This document shows positions 17,310 to 26,575 of a stretch of 38,697 nt of DNA, piece after piece. The first letter of the stretch is position 1, and every line of letters begins with the position of its first letter. A program made the position numbers and the translations under genes. The stretch comes from a virus (Duplodnaviria; Caudoviricetes), in IMG/VR virus record IMGVR_UViG_3300026975_000005, positions 1-38,697 of that record, one strand, 5' to 3'. The notes under the pieces were generated by a model. It did not search any database. It had not been told where the DNA came from and saw only the letters and a list, made by a program, of their open reading frames with translations.

Positions 17310-18290
17310 TTACGCAACTTTCCCCCAGCAAATGGACTTGGGAGAGCGTGCCGGAAGCGGCTTGCTTTGGCCGATAATGCGGTAGCCGTTGCCTTCGGGC
17401 AGCTTCACCGGCTTCGGGAAGAAGGGGTACGGCTGAAGCTTGGCGTCCACGTCGTCCAAAGCGCAGTAGATAACCTTGGCCGGGGCGTCCTTGGCGTAGG
17501 CCACGATTTCGCCTTCCGGAACTTTGGAAACCATAGTGCCGGTTTTCGGATTGCGGTATTTCTCGGACATCTTCTTGACCACGTAGCCGCCGACATTGAT
17601 GTGGCCCGCGCCGACTTCCACTTTCAGCTTGGCCGTGGACTTGTAGTCCTCGACGATGCCGTAGATCGTCTGGTAAGCGGCCTTGCCCGCGAAAAATTCG
17701 ATCTCGCCGCCGTACCCCCCGTCCTGAATGGCCGTTTCCATATCGGAAAGGGCCTCATAGATGTCCGCGACCTTGGTGCCGCTTTCGGTGAACAGCTTGG
17801 CCGGGTCGACACGGTAGGGAGTGCCGAATTCGACTTCGTAGGTGTCCCAGCCGCCGTCAATCTTGACAGGCCAAGAGATAGTGCCGGTCAAGGCCGTGGC
17901 GGCGATGCCTTCGGTCGTAAACCGGCAGGTGTCGCGCAAGTAGGCGGTAATGTCGCGTGTCCAGGCGTCGAGGCTGGCCCTTTCTGCGAGAATCATGCGG
18001 AGGTTGTTGAGGTCCTGGCCGGTGATATCCTTGGACGGCTTGACGGGCAGCGGTTCAATCATGTTGATGCTCACGTTGCCGGAGCCGACCGGAGTGGACA
18101 GGCCTCCGCGCCGGATCACGGGCGCGGTCCCGACAATGTCCAAGATGTCGCTGACACCGACCATGGCAAACGGCTTCTGGATGCGACCGGGGAAGCAGCT
18201 ATCCAAGATAGTTGTTTTGATCTTGGGCAACCCTTTGAGATGTATGGCCACGGCCTGTGGGGAGAAAAGCCCCTTGAGTTTGGTAAACAT
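17310..18290 (-). CDS. major capsid protein (lambda gpE-like)
   Basis: 326 aa after the decoration gene; TTE.IAA.ALTG.I, QSKPLP C-terminal motif. Confidence 0.85.
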   Translation of the reverse strand: MFTKLKGLFSPQAVAIHLKGLPKIKTTILDSCFPGRIQKPFAMVGVSDILDIVGTAPVIRRGGLSTPVGSGNVSINMIEPLPVKPSKDITGQDLNNLRMILAERASLDAWTRDITAYLRDTCRFTTEGIAATALTGTISWPVKIDGGWDTYEVEFGTPYRVDPAKLFTESGTKVADIYEALSDMETAIQDGGYGGEIEFFAGKAAYQTIYGIVEDYKSTAKLKVEVGAGHINVGGYVVKKMSEKYRNPKTGTMVSKVPEGEIVAYAKDAPAKVIYCALDDVDAKLQPYPFFPKPVKLPEGNGYRIIGQSKPLPARSPKSICWGKVA

Positions 18291-18302
18291 TCGTGTCGTT
18301 CC

Positions 18303-18659
18303 TTAAATGGCGTAAATGCCGATGGTTGCGAGTTTTTTGATGTCGGCTTCCGTGGCCGGGTCGCCAGCCGCCCCAATATTGAGGACGCTCTCCCGGACGG
18401 TGCCGTGTTCCAGGGTGAACGCCGAGGTCTCCGATGCGGTGTCCACGGGTTCGTCGATGACGGCTACCGGAGTGCCGGTGTCGGCCTCGCCGGTGTACGG
18501 CACCAAATCGCCGTTATCGTCCTCTTTGACGATGAGGCCGATGGGATAGACGCCATTGTCGGCTTTGACCTTGCGGGAGCCGGTCACGGCGGGATGGTGG
18601 TCGGTGTGGGCGCGGTCGCCTCCGGCACTGATGGTGCCGATGTTGCCTTTGATTGCCAT
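18303..18659 (-). CDS. head decoration protein
   Basis: 118 aa between protease and capsid genes; HGTV motif, ends L..IGIY. Confidence 0.75.
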   Translation of the reverse strand: MAIKGNIGTISAGGDRAHTDHHPAVTGSRKVKADNGVYPIGLIVKEDDNGDLVPYTGEADTGTPVAVIDEPVDTASETSAFTLEHGTVRESVLNIGAAGDPATEADIKKLATIGIYAI

Positions 18660-18669
18660 GGGATTCTCC

Positions 18670-19533
18670 TTAGATGTACTGGGTCAGGTCTTCGGTTACG
18701 GCCTCATTGTCCTTGTCGGACGGGGCGTTGAACTCGTGCGTCAGGCCGTGCCCCTTGCTTTCCGCCATGAAGCTCAGGAAGTGGTCGGGCAGGGATTTTT
18801 TGCCTTCGTCTTCGCTGAAGCTCATCTCTTCGCCGTCTTCCAGGGCCTCGCAAAAAGCGAGTACCTTTTCCTTATGGGCGGGCAGGAGCTTGCCGTCTTC
18901 AATGAGCTTGTCCACGCGGGCCGCGTGGTCCGCAGTACGCCGTTTAGCCTCGTCTTCCTGGGCTTTTTCTTCCCTGGCTTTGAGGTCGGCTTCGGCCTTT
19001 TTTCGGGCTGTCTCCTCGCTGGCAAGCTTGTCCTTTGTTTCCTTGAGTTGAGCCTTCAGTTCCTCTTCCGTCATGTTGGGTTCCTCCGGTTGTTTCGGGT
19101 CGTCCGGCTCATCCGGGGCCGACTCGCTGAAGTTGAAAAATACGGTCATTCCTTCGTCTTCCTGAAAATCGATCTCGCCCAGCCCCTTGACCGCCGGGGG
19201 CACTGCGCCGAGCAGACCGAGGTGGCGGATTCTCAGTTCGGGCGTCAGGCTGAGACTGACGTACTTGTAGGCTTTATTTTTCACGCCTTTCCGCGCTTTG
19301 TCCGTAAGGCGTGCAAACTGTGCTTGCAAAAACTCGCCGCTTTTGCGCAGGGCCGAAAACCACCCCTCAGCCGGGTCGCTGTCCTTGGGGTGCCCGAACA
19401 CGATGGGCGGGTCTTCGGTGCGCTGATTGAAATTGGCGACGATGCGGTCCAGGTCGGCGTCGGTCCAGGTTCGGGTGCGGCCCGAACTGTCCGTGTGGGT
19501 GCCGGTGCGAAAGACGTTGATCCATTTGTTCAT
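18670..19533 (-). CDS. Mu gpI-like prohead protease/scaffold
   Basis: WINVFRTGTH, P.VFGHP...PA.GW, YKYVS, HLGLLGAVPPAVKGL, coiled-coil C-terminal half; SD AAGGAGG before ATG 19533. Confidence 0.9.
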   Translation of the reverse strand: MNKWINVFRTGTHTDSSGRTRTWTDADLDRIVANFNQRTEDPPIVFGHPKDSDPAEGWFSALRKSGEFLQAQFARLTDKARKGVKNKAYKYVSLSLTPELRIRHLGLLGAVPPAVKGLGEIDFQEDEGMTVFFNFSESAPDEPDDPKQPEEPNMTEEELKAQLKETKDKLASEETARKKAEADLKAREEKAQEDEAKRRTADHAARVDKLIEDGKLLPAHKEKVLAFCEALEDGEEMSFSEDEGKKSLPDHFLSFMAESKGHGLTHEFNAPSDKDNEAVTEDLTQYI

Positions 19534-19650
19534 TTGACTTTCCTCCTTCGGGAGATTATTTATTTTGCATATCGTGAACACTGTCGGCGTCCGTATCAGT
19601 CCCGCCGGGGTTAGGGATCAGAACTGTACGGAGTTGGCTCAAGGACCGGA

Positions 19651-20928
19651 CTACTTGAGCGATTCACGATAAATCAGTATTCCCGCCCTCTCTTTTTCCG
19701 CCTGCGCATAGATGGCCTTCTGGCTTCGGTTCGCCCTGGGAGCGAATGCCGTTGCCCCTGTCCAGTTCCGCCCGAACAGCGAAAACGAGCTGAAGCCGCA
19801 CACCTCCTTTGACGACGGCATGCGGAAGAGCCGGATCATGCGAAGCGTGAAGTACATCCTGCCGGTCGCCTTGTGGTCCATGGGCCGCCACCAGACTTCA
19901 TAGGGCTCGCGGATCGTCCGTGCGAGCAGCCGCATGTACGGGCGTTTGTCCGTCCACGTTTTCTTCCATGCTCCGGTCGTCTTCTCGGTGAACAGCGCCT
20001 TGCTGATGGTCACCGGGAAGCCATGCACGTTGATCACCTTGCTCCCGTTGATGTGGTCGATGCCGAACTCGCCAAGGAAGGCGCGGACGTAGTCCTCGGC
20101 TGCCAGCCCTTGCTTGGGAAGCAGGTCGGCATTCTTCACAACGTGGATGTGTTTGCGGTCAATGGCCGAAATCGGCGGCTTGCACGGATCGTCCGCAAAA
20201 TTGCCATGGCGGCACAGCACCGGGAGCGCCCTGTCTTTCATGCCGTCCAGCTCGGACGGAGCCAGACCAGCCATCCAGTCTTCGCCCACGTTGGTGGCCC
20301 ACCCTTTGTCCGGGATCGGCGTCACAAAGGATTCCATGCCGGTTTCGGGGTCGACCACGCGGATCATGTCCGGGATTTCGGTCTGCACCTTCAGGCCGCG
20401 GGCTTTGACCTGGCGCTCCGAAAGCGTGATCACCACGCACCGGCAGGCAAAGCCGTTGGGCGGATACCACGTTTGCCAGAACGGGTGGTCATGCGGGAAA
20501 ACGAGGCCATCCACGGCCAGATGGGTTTGCCGTGTGCGCCGGTCGCGGACGGCCACGAGCTGCCAGTACGGGCGCGATTTGGAAACGCGCTTCATCTGCC
20601 GGTAGCGTCCGGCCATGTACGCGGATTGCACGTTGGTGCGGAAGATGTTCTCGATGCGCCACGCCTTCTTGCCGGTCCATCCCTGTTGTTCAATGATAGA
20701 GCCGAAGCGGCCCTTGAAATCCCGTAAGGTTTCACCGTCTTCCAGGGCCTTGCTGATGGCGGTGTGAACGCTGCCGACTTGGTCCATCTTCGCAAGGCCG
20801 GATACGGCAAAGGCGCGGGCGCGAGCGGCGGCGTCCATGGCTTCAAAATCTCGTGCGGAAACCGGAGCCTTGCCTTTCCAGAATTTGATGGCTTCAGCGG
20901 GAGCCAACGGCTCAACGGTGACAGGCAT
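19651..20928 (-). CDS. MuF/gp30 head morphogenesis protein with C-terminal PBECR-like nuclease domain
   Basis: IFRTNVQSAY.AGR, RTR.TH, W...YPPNGFACRC; C-terminal extension of about 200 aa with LLARTIREPYEVW. Confidence 0.85.
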   Translation of the reverse strand: MPVTVEPLAPAEAIKFWKGKAPVSARDFEAMDAAARARAFAVSGLAKMDQVGSVHTAISKALEDGETLRDFKGRFGSIIEQQGWTGKKAWRIENIFRTNVQSAYMAGRYRQMKRVSKSRPYWQLVAVRDRRTRQTHLAVDGLVFPHDHPFWQTWYPPNGFACRCVVITLSERQVKARGLKVQTEIPDMIRVVDPETGMESFVTPIPDKGWATNVGEDWMAGLAPSELDGMKDRALPVLCRHGNFADDPCKPPISAIDRKHIHVVKNADLLPKQGLAAEDYVRAFLGEFGIDHINGSKVINVHGFPVTISKALFTEKTTGAWKKTWTDKRPYMRLLARTIREPYEVWWRPMDHKATGRMYFTLRMIRLFRMPSSKEVCGFSSFSLFGRNWTGATAFAPRANRSQKAIYAQAEKERAGILIYRESLK

Positions 20929-21121
20929 CGGTTTCCTCCTGGCAACGCACGTACAGCCTCACGCCGGGGACAGCCCGGCGGCGGGTTTCGGGGATCGGCT
21001 CACCGCATTCCTCGCAGTAGTGTGCGGAGGCCTGCCGATGTTGAGGGCTACCGGCATTTTTGAGGGCCATCTTGCGGTGCAACGCTTCCATGTCCTGGGC
21101 CAAGTCGCATTCATCAGCCAT
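20912..21121 (-). CDS. TraR/DksA C4-type zinc finger protein (third Cys is Tyr)
   Basis: MADECD.AQ, CEECGEPIPETRRRAVPGVRLYVRCQE. Confidence 0.8.
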   Translation of the reverse strand: MADECDLAQDMEALHRKMALKNAGSPQHRQASAHYCEECGEPIPETRRRAVPGVRLYVRCQEETDACHR

Positions 21122-22640
21122 TGGCTTCCTCCTGGGCGGCCATGGTCCCGAAGGCCTGGGCATTAAGCATGATCCGGCCTGTCAACTCGGCCAGATCGTC
21201 ATGTTCGGCGTCCTGTCCCAGCAGTTCGGCCAGCATGATCTGCATATCTTCGAACGTCTCGGCGCTTTGGACGATCTTCTCAATTTGGGTGGCAAGCTTG
21301 CCATTGGCCTTGACCGCCTGCGGCAGGATCTCGTCCAGGGCGGCGTCGATAACCTCCTGCGCATTCTGGGCGCTGGCAAATTCGATAAATGCGGCGTGGT
21401 CGGCGGGCGGCTCGGCTTCGGACTCGGCCCCGTCGTCGCCGACAAGGTCAAACTCGTCCTCATCCAAGTCATAGCGCCGGGAGAAATGGCTCTTTTTAAA
21501 GCGCAACCCCACGCTGTACAGCTTTTTGTCCAGATTGGCCCGAGCGTCGAAGTCCTCCGGTTCCTCGTAGCCGAAGACCGGGGCCATGACGCCCGCCGGT
21601 GCGTTGATGTTGCGGTAGGTCAACGCAATATTGTTCATGGCGCTGACCACAAGGAATTGATCGGCATCGGCCATGTCGCTGCCCACGCTGTAGTGCGTTT
21701 CGCTGGCGGCGCGGCTGCCGTTGCCGTCCATTTCGGCGGTGAGGGTCTGCCCCATGATGACCTTGGATATGGCCTTGTCCCAGCGGCGCAGGTAGCTTTC
21801 GTGCAGGTCCCCGGCCTTGCCGGAGGCGGAGGCCAGCTCCACCTTGGCCCCGTTGGGCAGCACGGCAACGGCGTCCTGCACCATGGAGGCGAGGTCTCCG
21901 GCCATGGAGATGCGATCGGCGCGATCCGCGTTGTGCGGAGCGTAGGCCAGCACCCACGGCTGCCCGAATTTTTCGCAAAAGCGGGTCAAAAATTCGATGC
22001 CCCCGCGCTTAAAGGCCACGGGCCACAGGCAGCGGGACAGGAGCCGCAGGCCGTAGGGGTTTTCGAAGGTCGGAAAGTGCCGGACCAAGACAAATTTACC
22101 CGGCGGCAGCGGCGTGTCGTAGACATGCGTCGCCCCGCAAAAGACGGCCCGGTTGTCGTCGTCGTAGGCAAACCACTTGCGGGGCTTGGCGACGATATCC
22201 GCCAGCTTGAGCCTGCCGCCATGCGGCTCCCAGATGAGTTCCAGCACGGTCTGGCCGAAAAACGGCGCGTCCAGCATGGAGGAAAACACATCGCGCAGGT
22301 TGATGGCCTCCAGATCCGAGACCAGCTCGTCACAGAGCCGGGCCGCGTCGGCGGACACATCCTTGCCCTTGGCCTGCCCCGGCGAAAAGTCATAATCCTG
22401 CTTGTTGAGCACGCGCAGCTTGCGGTTTTGGATCGCCATGCATACCTGATCGTCGGCGGTCAGATCGTCCAAAACATCGTCATACTCGCCGCGCTTGCGC
22501 AAGACCGGATCGGGGTCCGGCAGCTTGCCCAAAAACGTGCCCACATCCGCCCCGGCGGCAAGCCGGGTGGCGAATTCGGTGGTCAGGTCCGCACGCTCAT
22601 CGCTAAAATTGATGGGGTTGCCTCTGTGATCTAAAATCAT
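21114..22640 (-). CDS. portal protein (Mu gp29, DUF935)
   Basis: LPDPDPVLR, NPYG..LLSRC.WP..FK.GG, EKFGQPW, ISK.IMGQTLT. Confidence 0.92.
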   Translation of the reverse strand: MILDHRGNPINFSDERADLTTEFATRLAAGADVGTFLGKLPDPDPVLRKRGEYDDVLDDLTADDQVCMAIQNRKLRVLNKQDYDFSPGQAKGKDVSADAARLCDELVSDLEAINLRDVFSSMLDAPFFGQTVLELIWEPHGGRLKLADIVAKPRKWFAYDDDNRAVFCGATHVYDTPLPPGKFVLVRHFPTFENPYGLRLLSRCLWPVAFKRGGIEFLTRFCEKFGQPWVLAYAPHNADRADRISMAGDLASMVQDAVAVLPNGAKVELASASGKAGDLHESYLRRWDKAISKVIMGQTLTAEMDGNGSRAASETHYSVGSDMADADQFLVVSAMNNIALTYRNINAPAGVMAPVFGYEEPEDFDARANLDKKLYSVGLRFKKSHFSRRYDLDEDEFDLVGDDGAESEAEPPADHAAFIEFASAQNAQEVIDAALDEILPQAVKANGKLATQIEKIVQSAETFEDMQIMLAELLGQDAEHDDLAELTGRIMLNAQAFGTMAAQEEANG

Positions 22641-24127
22641 CGGTATCCTCTCATGATTCCGTTGGCGACGGACGCACCGCCGGTGCAAAAGTCCCACTCG
22701 GTAAAGGCCGCATCGAATTTGCGGGCGGCGTACATCGCCAGGGCATAGGCAATGGCGGAGTCCCCGTGGCGTTTCCCAGTGCCCTTGCGGTCCTTGGTAC
22801 GGGCGTCACGCGGGATTTTGGGCACACCCTTGACGACGGTCACGGCGCGGAGGTCGTCAAGGACGTTGTCGTCCTTGGGGATGGTGGCGGTGCGGTCTTC
22901 CAGCGCGGCCTTTGCGGGCGGCCAGTTCTCCAGATTCCAACTTTCGGAAAAGTGAATTTCCTCAATAATATCCGGTCCGAACTCCTGTCGGGCACGCTCG
23001 GCGAGGTAGGCTCCGTTGCCGCCCTTATCCAATGCGCCGCCGGAAAACATGGGCAGGCGGTGGACCGCGTAAAAAAGGGCCTGCTCCTGCTGGGAAAACG
23101 GGCAGTTAAACAACTCCAGCAAAAACGGCGTGCGGTATGTCGCGCCTGGCGCATCCTGCAAAGGCCAGATGTCGGACAGGTCGAGGGAGCGGCCAAAGTC
23201 CTCGCCGAACCAACTCCGTTGATCGGGCAGGTAGGCCATGACGGGCTTTAGGTTGCCCTCCAGCCAATCCCGCATTTCGCGGTACCGCTGATCGTCCCTC
23301 CAATCCACAAAATCGGGGGCGGGAGGCTCCCACCGGACAACAGGGATGGCCGGGTCCATACAGGCCTCAATGACCGTGCGCACAAGGTAGGAGCCGCCGG
23401 ACTTCGAGGGGATGCAAAACAGCTCCTCGTCCGCGCCGTCGCCGTAAAATTCGATGATTTCGTCACGCCATGTGGCTTCGGCCTCCTCGCTCCACTCCTT
23501 GCCGGTGCGCTCGCAGACGCGCTTGTACAGCCCCTCCGAAATGGCGCGGTCAAAGTCGCACCGCAGCACGGTGTAGGGCTTGCGGCCAGCCCGGCAGTCC
23601 TGGATAAGCTGGTTAAAGGCGTTGTCCTCGCCGTCGTGGGTGGAGATGATGAGGACCTTGCCGCCCCAGATAGTCAGGGCCAGCGCGGCCTTGAGGAGTT
23701 CGTCAAGGTCGTCGTGGAACGCGGCCTCGTCGAGGATGACAAGCCCCTGCATGCCACGAAGCGACCGGGGCCGGGAGGGCAGAGCCGTGACGCGTCCGTG
23801 GCGAAAAGTGACGCGGAAAGCCTGGATTTGGTTGTCCGGGTCTCCGGCATCCTGCCAGAGGGTTTCGCCGATGGCGGACGCCCCGAGATTCAGTGTTTTT
23901 CCGGCCTCGCCCACGTACTCGATAAACTCGCGGGCCATGTCCAGGTTGTAGCCCATGTAATAGACGTTCATGCCGCCTTCGGTCTTGGCCTTGGCCGCAT
24001 ACTCGGCAGCCACCCAGCTCGCGCCCCACGAGTAGCCGGTGCGCCGGGATTTTTCGACGACGACCACGGACGAGAGCTTGAGCGCGGTCCGCAATTCGTG
24101 CTGGTATTTGAGCAGACGGATTCCCAC
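22637..24127 (-). CDS. terminase large subunit (Mu gp28)
   Basis: EKSRRTGYSW, VILDEAAFH (Walker B), ISTH.G, DFGRS.DLS, HGDSAIA. Confidence 0.93.
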   Translation of the reverse strand: MGIRLLKYQHELRTALKLSSVVVVEKSRRTGYSWGASWVAAEYAAKAKTEGGMNVYYMGYNLDMAREFIEYVGEAGKTLNLGASAIGETLWQDAGDPDNQIQAFRVTFRHGRVTALPSRPRSLRGMQGLVILDEAAFHDDLDELLKAALALTIWGGKVLIISTHDGEDNAFNQLIQDCRAGRKPYTVLRCDFDRAISEGLYKRVCERTGKEWSEEAEATWRDEIIEFYGDGADEELFCIPSKSGGSYLVRTVIEACMDPAIPVVRWEPPAPDFVDWRDDQRYREMRDWLEGNLKPVMAYLPDQRSWFGEDFGRSLDLSDIWPLQDAPGATYRTPFLLELFNCPFSQQEQALFYAVHRLPMFSGGALDKGGNGAYLAERARQEFGPDIIEEIHFSESWNLENWPPAKAALEDRTATIPKDDNVLDDLRAVTVVKGVPKIPRDARTKDRKGTGKRHGDSAIAYALAMYAARKFDAAFTEWDFCTGGASVANGIMRGYR

Positions 24128-24130
24128 GGC

Positions 24131-24718
24131 CTACCTCATCGCGTCCAGCATGGCTTCGATGTTGGTGCCTTTTACGCCGCGTCCGTCGTCCCGTTGCTTG
24201 CCCAAAGCCCCCTTGAGTTCGACCACCAGCTCCATGGCCTTTTGCACATCCTGCACGGCCTTAAAATCGGTCCCTTCCGGGCTTTGGAGCAGCTTGTTGA
24301 GCTTGAGTTCCACGGCCTCCTCCAGCGCGGCCACGGCCTCCTCCTTGGTACGGATCGGGCGCAGCTCGTGTTGCTTGGCCGCGCTCATGAGCTTCTGGGC
24401 GCGGGCCGCTTCGGCCTGCTTTATGGCGAGGCTTTCGAGGGCGGAAACGGCAAAACTGTCCTGGGCGGACTTGCTTTTGATAAGCTGTTTGAGCATCGCG
24501 GACCGGGCCAGGATGGTGTCGGCGGCGAGGTCGGCCTCGGCCTGGGCGAGCTTTTCCCGTTTGCCGCGCCAGTCGTAGGTGGCGGACCAGCGTTTGAGCG
24601 TGGACACGGCTACCCCGGTTTCCTCCGCGACCTTTTCAAAAGTCAGGCGGGCAACGCAGTAGAGTTCCTGCGCTTCCCACACGGCTTCGGGCGGATATTC
24701 GCGTCCGGTTCGTTCCAC
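24131..24718 (-). CDS. terminase small subunit (Mu gp27 position, N-terminal HTH)
   Basis: AQELY....LTFEKVAEETGVAVSTLKRW....DW; immediately upstream of TerL. Confidence 0.75.
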   Translation of the reverse strand: MERTGREYPPEAVWEAQELYCVARLTFEKVAEETGVAVSTLKRWSATYDWRGKREKLAQAEADLAADTILARSAMLKQLIKSKSAQDSFAVSALESLAIKQAEAARAQKLMSAAKQHELRPIRTKEEAVAALEEAVELKLNKLLQSPEGTDFKAVQDVQKAMELVVELKGALGKQRDDGRGVKGTNIEAMLDAMR

Positions 24719-24719
24719 G

Positions 24720-25019
24720 CTATTCGCCTCCGGGGGACGGGCGCTTGACGCCGGGTACGGTGGCGTAGCCTTTGGCTACCTCCTCGCCCCGCTCGGTCAG
24801 GTGGGCGACGCGGCATCTGCCGTTTTGGGTCATGACGACAAGCCCCTGTTCGTCCAGCCACGCAAGCTGGGTGCGGACGACATCTCGCGACGGACGGAAT
24901 CCGTATTCCGGCACCATGTCGCGGATAAGGCTGTCGTTCAGGGTGTAGTCGAGTTGTTCGGCCAGCATGCGCAGGATGGTGAGGCGCAGATGCTCGGCCA
25001 CGACGTTTCCGTAGCTCAT
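24720..25019 (-). CDS. Mu gp26-like winged-helix protein
   Basis: RLTILRML, SRD.VRTQLAWLDEQGLV, LTERG.EVA.G....PGV.RPSP. Confidence 0.85.
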   Translation of the reverse strand: MSYGNVVAEHLRLTILRMLAEQLDYTLNDSLIRDMVPEYGFRPSRDVVRTQLAWLDEQGLVVMTQNGRCRVAHLTERGEEVAKGYATVPGVKRPSPGGE

Positions 25020-25369
25020 CGTTTTCCTCCATTGAGCATGTAGTCTTCGTGGCGGGTGACGACTTTTTCCAGGCGGCCCACAATGCGCCCCATACCTTCG
25101 ATTTTCTCGACGGCGACACGTAGATCTCCGCCGAAACTGCGAATGGTCAGGGCCAGATCGTGGAGAGCCTCTTCACTAGGGACATTCTTCAGGCAGGCTT
25201 CGGCAGTGGTCAGCCGCTTGTCGAAGGCCGCGTGTGCCTTGGCGTTGGCCTCCTGGTCCTCGCGCTGATCCTTGCGTTGATCCCGGATCAGCTTGACCAA
25301 CACCACGACGATGGGGATCACCACGACCTGGAGGATGCGGAGGAGGATATCCAGATGCTGCATGTCCAC
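25016..25369 (-). CDS. Mu gp25-like membrane protein (DUF2730)
   Basis: N-terminal TM segment, RLT..E..L..VPS....HDL; position. Confidence 0.75.
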   Translation of the reverse strand: MDMQHLDILLRILQVVVIPIVVVLVKLIRDQRKDQREDQEANAKAHAAFDKRLTTAEACLKNVPSEEALHDLALTIRSFGGDLRVAVEKIEGMGRIVGRLEKVVTRHEDYMLNGGKR

Positions 25370-25372
25370 GGG

Positions 25373-25993
25373 CTATTTACCGCCCTTGCCGTAGACCCTG
25401 GACAGGCCCTTGGCGGTCATGCGGTCGCCGAACCACCAAGTGACGGCGGAGGTCGTGAGATAGAGGACGGTGACGACAACCCGTTCAAGGATGTCGCCCG
25501 CCTGCGTGGCGGTCAGGGCCGTGCCCATGGAGTTGAGCAAATCCCAAGCCTGAATCGTTACCCACGTGGACACGCCGAGCAGGTAAGCCGTGATGGCCGG
25601 ACGTGCGATGCCCTTGACCGTGTCCACCAACCCGAACAACAGGCAGATAAACACGCCGAGCGGCTGTGCGAGCCATGCCACCCAACCGGTCGTGTGGAAC
25701 ATGCGATCCATAAAACTTTCCAAGAATACGTTGGTGTTACCGTACTTTTGGCTAGTGGTGTACGCCCTGGCCTCCTGGAGGGAGACCTCGCCCTCGACCT
25801 GGGCCTGGGTGACCTGGATATTGGCCTGCATTTCGGCCACCATGGCCTTGGATTCGGCATCGACCATGGCGAGGTCGTGCGCCCGGTCCGCCTGCTTGTC
25901 CTGGAGATCAAGCTCTTTGATTTTGCGTTGGTTGTAGCTGGACCAAACGGTGCCGAGCAGCCCCGTAAGACCGCCAAGGAGCATCTGCCACAT
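25373..25993 (-). CDS. holin-like membrane protein
   Basis: several TM segments, RP.IT, WWFGDR; follows the endolysin. Confidence 0.65.
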   Translation of the reverse strand: MWQMLLGGLTGLLGTVWSSYNQRKIKELDLQDKQADRAHDLAMVDAESKAMVAEMQANIQVTQAQVEGEVSLQEARAYTTSQKYGNTNVFLESFMDRMFHTTGWVAWLAQPLGVFICLLFGLVDTVKGIARPAITAYLLGVSTWVTIQAWDLLNSMGTALTATQAGDILERVVVTVLYLTTSAVTWWFGDRMTAKGLSRVYGKGGK

Positions 25994-25995
25994 AA

Positions 25996-26430
25996 TTAGC
26001 CTCCTACGCCTTCGATGATGAGTTTGAGCGGGACGTCCGCGAGCCGCTCCATGACGCGGCGGACCGTGGTCCGCGAGACGAGGATCGCCCGCTGGTCATA
26101 GAGATAGCCGAGCCGGGAGCCGAGCAGGATGCACCCGGCGACGTCCGAGCGCAGCCCCTTGGACGTGTCACCCGCAAAATTGCCGGAATGGATGAGCACA
26201 TGGCTGCGGCCCGGCACGTCGCGAACGTGATAAACGCGGTGAAACCGAGGGGAATTGACGATCTCGCAATCGTATTCGCCGCAGGGGATGCACGAAATGT
26301 TGGGGGCGTTGTCGCGCCAGGGCAGCTCCAGGGTGTAGCACTGCACGCCCAGCTCGGGCACGCAAAGCTCCCCTTCGGTGCCTTGGTCCGTGGATACGGA
26401 CCGGCGCAATATGACGGTGCGGTCTGGCAT
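25996..26430 (-). CDS. DUF5675-family putative endolysin
   Basis: YTLELPW..N....SCIP.GEY, SPRF, VPGRS.VLIHSGN, GCILLG; SD GAGGAG before ATG 26430. Confidence 0.85.
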   Translation of the reverse strand: MPDRTVILRRSVSTDQGTEGELCVPELGVQCYTLELPWRDNAPNISCIPCGEYDCEIVNSPRFHRVYHVRDVPGRSHVLIHSGNFAGDTSKGLRSDVAGCILLGSRLGYLYDQRAILVSRTTVRRVMERLADVPLKLIIEGVGG

Positions 26431-26465
26431 GGTTCTCCTCGTTCCGCTTTTGCGATTACGGGGAG

Positions 26466-26513
26466 ATGATATCGGGCGGGCGATGGCGGCGCAGGAATCC
26501 ACGCGGACGGTGC
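26466..26513 (-). promoter_or_regulatory. putative activator-dependent late (lysis) promoter
   Basis: box GCACCGTCCGCG (26513-26502), 30 nt, TATCAT (26471-26466); same geometry as upstream of the tape measure gene. Confidence 0.5.
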
Positions 26514-26545
26514 AAACAAAAAGGCACCCGCTTCTGGGTGCCTTT
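26514..26545 (-). terminator. intrinsic terminator ending the early/middle operon
   Basis: AAAGGCACCC-AGAAGC-GGGTGCCTTT followed by TTGTTT on the minus strand. Confidence 0.85.
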
Positions 26546-26575
26546 GGAGAGGGGGAGTATGGAGGGTGCCGGAAT

